Assembly (NCBI RefSeq): GCF_006345805.1
Contig: NW_021830278.1
Location: 1 to 5,001 of the forward strand
DNA: 5,001 nt
From: Octopus sinensis
Taxonomy: Eukaryota
Direction of reading: 5' to 3'
The notes under the pieces are model-generated. The model searched no databases and was not told where the DNA came from. It saw only the letters and a list, made by a program, of their open reading frames with translations. The translations under genes were made by a program, and so were the position numbers. Shown piece by piece: positions 1 through 5,001 of this stretch; position 1 is the first letter of the stretch, and each line of letters starts with the position of its first letter.

Positions 1-660
1 TTTGAGGATAATAACACAGTACGACTGGGGTCATACAGTGCCAGATAGAACCATTCTATCGACGACTTCGGAATATAACAATATCTGTCAGACCGACAGC
101 TGTCGTCAAAAGACAGATACAACTGCGGCAAAAGACCACTTTACAACACCTTGTTGGTATTCCTTTAAGTTTATTTTATGAAAATTTCCGGAATTATGTT
201 TTAAATTCCGATAATCGGGAGGAAGAAGATGAAGAAGTACAAGAAAAACCGATTGACTGCTTGCCAATCCGTTCGACCCAATAAGGGTAGAAAGTCGATT
301 ATGATTGTTGATCGACTTTTTTTTTTCAATCTATGGAGAAATATATGAATTTGACCAGTTTGTATGACTGCTACGAATGTTTACTTATAACAGAGAAGAA
401 CAAATTGTTCTCAAATGGGATTAGACCTATCTTTTATTTTTAAAAAAATAATTTACTTGTTTCAGTCATTTGACTGTGGTTATGCTGGAGCACCGCTTTT
501 AGTCAAGCAAATTGACCTCAGGACTTATTATTTGTAAGCCTAGCACTTATTCTATCGGTGACTTTTTGCCAAACAGCTAAGCTACGGGGACGTAAACCCA
601 CCAACGTCGGTTGTCAAGCGATGGTGGGGGACAAACAGACACAAATAACAAATACACACA

Positions 661-661
<1 letters not shown>

Positions 662-702
<41 letters not shown>
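662..702. repeat. (AC)n microsatellite internal to SINE copy 1
   Basis: Uninterrupted 41-nt AC run. The same position carries CA/TA tracts in copies 2 and 3. Confidence 0.98.
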
Positions 703-708
<6 letters not shown>

Positions 709-813
709 TGTATACAGCGGGCTTCTTTCAGGTTTCCTCAACCAAATCCACTCACAAGGCTTTGGTCGGCCCAAGGCTATAGTAGACGACACTTAGCTAA
801 GGTGCCACGCAGT

Positions 814-867
814 GGGAAAGAACCTGGAACCACGTGGTTGGGAGGAAAACTTCTTACCACACAGCCA
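814..867 (-). promoter_or_regulatory. Degenerate internal Pol III promoter (A box 857-867, B box 814-824) of SINE copy 1
   Basis: Minus-strand TGGCTGTGTGG resembles the A box TRGCNNAGYGG. GGTTCTTTCCC resembles the B box GGTTCRANNCC but is mutated, so it is probably inactive. Confidence 0.6.
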
Positions 868-1418
868 TTCCTGCGCCTATTTAGTAACACTTTTTACATC
901 AGTCTCGTTAAATTTACGCGTAGACAGCATCTATCTATCCAATTCCACCTTCCACTTCAAGTGATACCTTAAAAATTTGAGGAGAATTGTGCCGTGAGAA
1001 AAAATCGCTATCCGGAAACATTTTGAACACGTCAACCATATACATAATGACAAGTAAATTGTTAAAATTATGGATTGCTTCATAATTTTCTGAGTGTGTC
1101 TATGTATAGAAAAAGATAGAATGTTCTTCATAGCGAGTGACTGTTGGAAGTTATTTTTACAGTTGACAATGTACCAAGATTCTCACTATTTCACCATAGC
1201 CAGATATTCGATCCTACCGAATTCATTATCAGCTTTTACATTTAGCACCTTTAACTGAGCCGCTTATTGCTTCATACGCTTCAAATTCGTGTCAGGTATA
1301 TGTGATTAATTCGTTAGGATAGCTCAACGCCACGTATTCATTTACTAACACCATATAGTAGTGGTAGAATGAGAAGATCGAGATTGTTTTTCGTTATGAT
1401 ATTTGATCCAATCTCCAG

Positions 1419-1426
1419 ATCGGAAG
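1419..1426 (+). other. Candidate 8-nt micro-exon, or the end of a longer exon, with a consensus splice donor
   Basis: ...ATCTCCAG|ATCGGAAG|GTAAGT. The donor AAG|GTAAGT is a perfect consensus; the acceptor is moderate. Motif evidence only. Confidence 0.25.
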
Positions 1427-1828
1427 GTAAGTTTCACTTATTAGCATAATAGCGAATATTCAAATAAGTATGTTTGCGCTACACAAAATCTACGTCGAAA
1501 TGTGTCAATGAATATCGATTGTCATTTTCTGTTTCGTATCACTGATAAAGTTTCACAGGTTTTCTAATTATATTTCAATTTCAAATTTGCACTTATTAAC
1601 ACAGAAATTGTTGCAAAAGTAATTTTCTTCTTAGCGTATCATCATATTTCTGACGAATGGTAGGCAGATGGCTACAAATTAATGTAGTGTTATAAATACC
1701 TGAGTATTTTACATGTAATTTTTATCGACATTAAGCAAAATCGATTGTTGTGTGTCGAAATTTAATTTCGCAAAACATTTTGAGTCCTGTTCTCTATCTT
1801 ATTCAAAATGCTTCTTTATTTGTTACAG

Positions 1829-1852
1829 CAATGAAGTAGCAGAAACCACAGT
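1829..1852 (+). other. Candidate 24-nt frame-preserving micro-exon (phase 2-2, encodes ..NEVAETT..)
   Basis: TGCTTCTTTATTTGTTACAG|CAATGAAGTAGCAGAAACCACAGT|GTATGT. Purine-rich 24-mer between a pyrimidine-rich acceptor and a GTATGT donor; only one frame is open. Confidence 0.3.
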
Positions 1853-2156
1853 GTATGTTTAGTCACGTTCTTTAAGTTCTAAATTTTAACTCGCCTAGTT
1901 TCTGTTTACTTATAAATTTGCAGGGGCCATAAAACTTGCTGCGCCCTTAATCTCACAATTAGTTGATTTTTTTCTATTGTTTTCTTTAAAGAATTCGGTA
2001 TTTAGTTCTGTATCGCGTTTTGTAAGTCAAAAATATACTAAAGCGAGATTTATGCTTTTGTATTATTCTTTTGAAAATTGCTTTGGAAATATGGATTTTT
2101 TCTGTTAAATATTTGCACAAATTGCTCTAAGTCATAGAGACAATGATTGTTCGTTG

Positions 2157-2159
<3 letters not shown>

Positions 2160-2207
<48 letters not shown>
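2160..2207. repeat. (AT)24 microsatellite
   Basis: Perfect 48-nt alternating AT run. Confidence 0.98.
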
Positions 2208-2209
<2 letters not shown>

Positions 2210-2322
2210 TTAATTAAATATATTCTGTGAGAATATCATATACTGAATTTAGAATGAATGCCCTTTGTACAAAGTGTCAAAAATATTAATACGTTAAAGT
2301 ATTTAGACATTAATATGAGCGA

Positions 2323-2468
2323 ACATATATATTGCATTTTGAAATAATAGCATGAAATTTAATATCAAAAAAATTCCTCACGAAGATGTGTTTATACACA
2401 TATATCTTCGAGAGGAATCTTTTTGATATTAAATTACATGCTATTATTTCAAAATACAGTATATATGT
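2323..2468. repeat. Long inverted repeat (foldback): 65-bp arms, 16-nt spacer; possible MITE or hairpin RNA
   Basis: 2323-2387 is the reverse complement of 2404-2468 at 60/65 positions with no indels. The spacer GTGTTTATACACATAT also contains a GTGT/ACAC stem. Confidence 0.95.
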
Positions 2469-2487
2469 ACACACACACACACACACA

Positions 2488-2540
<53 letters not shown>
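2469..2540. repeat. Compound (AC)n(TA)18 microsatellite
   Basis: AC run 2469-2504 with one interruption, then TA run 2505-2540. Confidence 0.97.
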
Positions 2541-2541
<1 letters not shown>

Positions 2542-2543
<2 letters not shown>

Positions 2544-2905
2544 TCTTTTACTTTTACTTGTTTCAGTCATTTGACTGTGGCCATGCTGGAGCACAAATCT
2601 ACCCCAGGACTTATTCTTTGTAAGCCTAGTACTTATTCTATCGGTGTCTTTTTGCCGAACCGCTACGTTACACACTAGCATCTGTTGTCAAGCGTTGTTG
2701 GGGCAACAAACACAGACACACAAACATATATATACACACACACACATATATACATTTATACGACGTGCTTCTTTTAGTTTCCGTCTACCAAATCCATTCA
2801 CAAAGTTATAGTAGAAGACCTTGCCCAAGGTGCCAGGCAGTGGGACTGACCCGGAACCATGTGGTTGGTAAGCAAGCTATATACCACACAGCCACTCCTA
2901 CACCT
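2542..2905 (-). mobile_element. tRNA-derived SINE, copy 2 (both ends present, three internal deletions)
   Basis: Minus strand starts AGGTGTAGGAGTGGCTGTGTGG, has B-box remnant GGGTCAGTCCC and CACCTTGGGCAAG (like the MIR/CORE CCTTGGGCAAG motif), and ends GAAACAAGTAAAAGTAAAAGAGT. It lacks about 15, 12 and 17 nt relative to copy 1. Flanked by (TA)n on both sides. Confidence 0.9.
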
Positions 2906-2920
2906 ATATACATATATATA

Positions 2921-2957
<37 letters not shown>

Positions 2958-2981
2958 TATATTATATACAAATATATATAT

Positions 2982-3032
<51 letters not shown>

Positions 3033-3060
3033 TATATATATGTATGATGTATGTATATGT
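2905..3060. repeat. Long interrupted (TA)n / low-complexity tract
   Basis: Alternating TA with occasional CA/AA interruptions, decaying into TATG repeats. Confidence 0.95.
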
Positions 3061-3297
3061 AGATACATATTTAATATGTATGTGTTTGTGTACATGTGTG
3101 AAATAAAATGAAGTCGAAAATGCACGTGGAATAAATTAGACACAAATTCGCGACACGAGTCTGTGTATAATACACATCAAAATCTAATATTTAAAAAAAA
3201 ATAAAGTAAATTCCAGTTCATTCTAATACATTATCTGCACGTTTTCAACTTCATTTCCTTTATTTTTCCATGTTTACATTATTAACAATATATATAC

Positions 3298-3317
3298 GTG
3301 TGTGTGTGTGTGTGTGT
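3298..3317. repeat. (GT)10 microsatellite
   Basis: Perfect 20-nt GT run. Confidence 0.95.
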
Positions 3318-3423
3318 ATAACAATATATAAGAAGAGAATAACAGTTAATGAAGGCAGTTCATTTTAATTAGTTTTTCTGAAACGAAGTAGAGATAAAAG
3401 TCTTACAACTGTTTATATATATA

Positions 3424-3837
3424 CTAGCAGTATCGCCCGGCGTTGCTCAGGTTTGTAAGGGAAATAACTATATAAGCATTTTTAGAGAGTTAGAGCCAAA
3501 AAATAGCAAAAAACGGGGAAAAAATGATGGTAAATTTTTTTGAGAGTTAAAAAAGGTCGAGTTGCGTCCCCTAGACAGTCTGTGGTTTGTGTTCTGATTC
3601 TCGACCCCATGTCGAATTTATCGATTTTTTTCAGAACTGGGGGAACTTTTCAAAATTTTCGCTGCGTTAGTTTTGAATTATGACATTGGGCTATGTGTGT
3701 GTCAAGTTCATCAGAATCGGTTGAAAGGCCGTGGTCAGGGTGAGGGTACAACCAAACAGACACACAGAAACACGCACAGACACAACTGCCGTTTATATAT
3801 ATATATATATATTATTATATATATATATATATATATA
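3424..3837 (-). mobile_element. Non-autonomous Helitron-like (rolling-circle) element
   Basis: The minus-strand 3' end reads CCTGAGCAACGCCGGG (imperfect GC-rich hairpin, 3436-3451), an 8-nt spacer, CTAG, then target T (plus-strand A3423): the canonical Helitron 3' terminus. The other end has TTCATCAGAATCGG...ACAGACACACAG...TTTATATATA, an architecture I recall from insect Lep1-like non-autonomous Helitrons. The canonical 5' TC is not visible, so that boundary is approximate. Confidence 0.7.
3794..3837. repeat. Interrupted (TA)n tract at the Helitron 5' end
   Basis: TA run with one TTA interruption. Confidence 0.95.
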
Positions 3838-3896
3838 GCCAAGAAAAAAGTAACAACAATGGATCAATAAATCGGTACAATTGTTTCTTGGCTATA
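3834..3896. repeat. Perfect 13-bp inverted repeat with 37-nt spacer
   Basis: TATAGCCAAGAAA (3834-3846) and TTTCTTGGCTATA (3884-3896). Confidence 0.85.
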
Positions 3897-3999
3897 ATCA
3901 CCCCCTATACTTTTATGGTTAATACCATAAAGAATTCTGGTGCATCTAAGTTAAGTACCATATTCATTTGAATTCATTTGAATCTTAAATTTTTTGCTG

Positions 4000-4003
<4 letters not shown>

Positions 4004-4054
<51 letters not shown>

Positions 4055-4115
4055 CATACATACAAACATATATAATATATAATATATATTATAATATATA
4101 TATATTATATATATA
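4004..4115. repeat. (TA)24 followed by a degenerate TA-rich tract
   Basis: Perfect run 4004-4051, then TACA/TAA-interrupted TA repeats up to the LINE 5' junction. Confidence 0.95.
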
Positions 4116-4531
4116 ATTGAAGGCATTACTGGTCTCCATTATTGGGACCGCCTTAAAGCCTTGAAACTCTACTTTCTACAGCGCCGCGTGGAGTGGTACA
4201 TCATTGTACGATGTGGAGAATATACCGCCAAGTTTGCCCAAACGATCTGAACATTAGTTTCAAGGTTCATCCAAGGCTGGGAGGACGGGCCATACATCCC
4301 CTGTCCATTTCAGGATCACAGCATATAGGTACACTGCAACATAATTTCTTTTCCTCAACAGACCCTGCCCTTTTTAACATTGCCCCGAAAGAGATCAAAG
4401 AGGAAAAGGATCCCATCACCTTTAAACAGTGTCTGGGCAGATTTCTTCAAGGAATACTGGATAAGCCACCGATACCTGGATACAACTCACTCAAGAACTC
4501 ACTACTTGAATGGACCATAAACAAAACTTGA
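4116..4531 (+). pseudogene. Frameshifted fragment of LINE ORF2 (reverse transcriptase polyprotein C-terminal region)
   Basis: The frame from 4116 reads IEGITGLHYWDRLKALKLYFLQRRVEWYII. A frameshift at ~4203-4205 leads into CTMWRIYRQVCPNDLNISFKVHPRLGG...PPIPGYNSLKNSLLEWTINKT*. The ORF-track start at GTG 4193 is not a real start. Confidence 0.85.
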
Positions 4532-4620
4532 CTTAAACATGATTTAGATAATCTTATCAGGTGGTGCTATTAAGTTAGACATGACCTGGTCGAAACATAT
4601 CTAAGTTTATCGAAGTTTAT
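4116..4620 (+). mobile_element. 5'-truncated non-LTR retrotransposon (LINE, CR1/L2 group) 3' end with 3' UTR
   Basis: Encodes a typical post-RT ORF2 C-terminus (YWDRLKALKLY.LQRR..YII, FK..L.RFL..I.D.P..PGY, NSLLEW). A ~90-nt 3' UTR follows, ending in the short repeat AAGTTTATCGAAGTTTAT. (TA)n lies on both sides. Clade call is from remembered motif similarity. Confidence 0.85.
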
Positions 4621-4635
4621 ATATATATATATATA
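4618..4635. repeat. (TA)9 between the LINE 3' end and the SINE copy 3 3' end
   Basis: 18-nt TA run. Confidence 0.95.
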
Positions 4636-4636
4636 C

Positions 4637-4886
4637 ATTCTTTTATTCTTTTACTTGTTTCAATCGACCCCATGACTTATTTTATCGGTCTTTTTTGCCG
4701 AACCGCTAGTTTACGGGGACGTAAACACACCGTCATTGGTTGTCAAGCGCTGTTGGAGGACAAACACACACACACATACACACACACACACACACCCCAC
4801 ACCACCACACACACACACACACATGCACACACACACACACACGATGGGCTTCTTTCACTTTCCGCCTACCAAATCCATTCACAAGG
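4637..4886 (-). mobile_element. tRNA-derived SINE, copy 3 (5'-truncated or interrupted, no tRNA head, two internal deletions)
   Basis: Shares TTTTACTTGTTTCA, ATCGGTCTTTTTTGCCGAACCGCTA..TTACGGGGACGTAAACACACC, a CA-rich tract and GGGCTTCTTTCA...CCAAATCCATTCACAAGG with copies 1 and 2. Homology stops at 4886. Tail is (AAAAGAAT)2 on the minus strand. Confidence 0.88.
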
Positions 4887-5001
4887 TAATGAGAGGTAAT
4901 GGTGTCACTGAGACCCAAAGGTGTCAGGTAATGCTGAAAAAATGCTATAGACAGACCATAGTTAAGTTCCAGTTCGGTGATTATGCGAATAAGGGGTTCA
5001 A

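Larger units (their letters stand above)
452..878 (-). mobile_element. tRNA-derived SINE, full-length copy 1 (octopus-type; tRNA head, CORE-like segment, internal (GT)n, LINE-like 3' tail)
   Basis: Minus strand begins AGGCGCAGGAATGGCTGTGTGGTAAGAAG (A-box-like) and has a degenerate B box GGTTCTTTCCC, followed by CACCTTAGCTAAGTG. It ends ...GCGGTGCTCCAGCATAACCACAGTCAAATGACTGAAACAAGTAAA. It aligns colinearly with copies at 2542-2905 and 4637-4886. Family assignment (OR-like CORE-SINE) is from memory. No clear TSD. Confidence 0.9.

Noticed and set aside
2-181. Frame open from the window edge containing ICQTDSC, vaguely like a Ly6/uPAR C-terminal motif
   Set aside because: Lacks the CC..D.CN consensus and the other cysteines; too weak to call.
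15-284. Stop-free plus-strand stretch with an acidic patch (NSDNREEEDEEVQEK)
   Set aside because: No initiator ATG, no convincing splice acceptor and no recognisable family; the acidic patch is a GAA-rich run.
558-796. ORFs 558-782(+), 577-792(-), 611-796(+)
   Set aside because: Inside SINE copy 1; the THTH/CVCV runs are translations of (CA)n.
800-878. Possible tRNA gene (also 2830-2905)
   Set aside because: These are SINE heads with damaged B boxes, no complete cloverleaf, and they run directly into SINE body sequence.
426-890. Target-site duplication for SINE copy 1 (CCTAT at 426-430 and 876-880; ATTTA at both ends)
   Set aside because: Too short, and not positioned cleanly at both boundaries in AT-rich DNA.
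931-1131. 66-aa minus-strand ORF
   Set aside because: No recognisable motif, composition typical of AT-rich noncoding DNA, and a length expected by chance.
2310-3143. ORFs 2310-2681(-), 2386-2574(+), 2423-2623(+), 2765-3106(+), 2904-3143(-)
   Set aside because: Open because (TA)n/(CA)n tracts lack stops. The similar peptides on opposite strands only reflect the 2323-2468 inverted repeat.
3673-3870. 65-aa plus-strand ORF
   Set aside because: Lies in the Helitron-like element and its TA tract.
3962-3981. 10-bp tandem duplication ATTCATTTGA x2
   Set aside because: Real but an ordinary slippage product with no further context.
4672-4918. ORFs 4672-4899(+) and 4733-4918(-)
   Set aside because: SINE copy 3 with its CA-rich tract.
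1-5001. CRISPR array, operon or prokaryotic defence system
   Set aside because: No repeat-spacer periodicity and very low coding density; all interpretable content is eukaryotic repeat DNA.

Overview
AT-rich, microsatellite-dense eukaryotic DNA with no recognisable intact protein-coding gene. The dominant interspersed repeat matches, from my recollection rather than a database search, the abundant tRNA-derived SINE of octopus genomes, so an Octopus (coleoid cephalopod) origin is likely. The window holds three minus-strand copies of this SINE (452-878, 2542-2905, and a 5'-truncated copy at 4637-4886). It also holds a ~410-bp non-autonomous Helitron-like element (3424-3837, minus) and a 5'-truncated, frameshifted 3' end of a CR1/L2-group LINE (4116-4620, plus). 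Many (TA)n/(CA)n tracts are present and most insertions abut them. Nearly all supplied ORFs are microsatellite or repeat artefacts; only 4193-4531 is protein-derived (LINE ORF2 C-terminus). The best unexplained signals are a 146-bp near-perfect foldback (2323-2468), a speculative frame-compatible chain of small plus-strand exons (1200-2021), and 3'-end motifs shared by the LINE and the SINE. I see no firm evidence for a new biological system; these are leads only.
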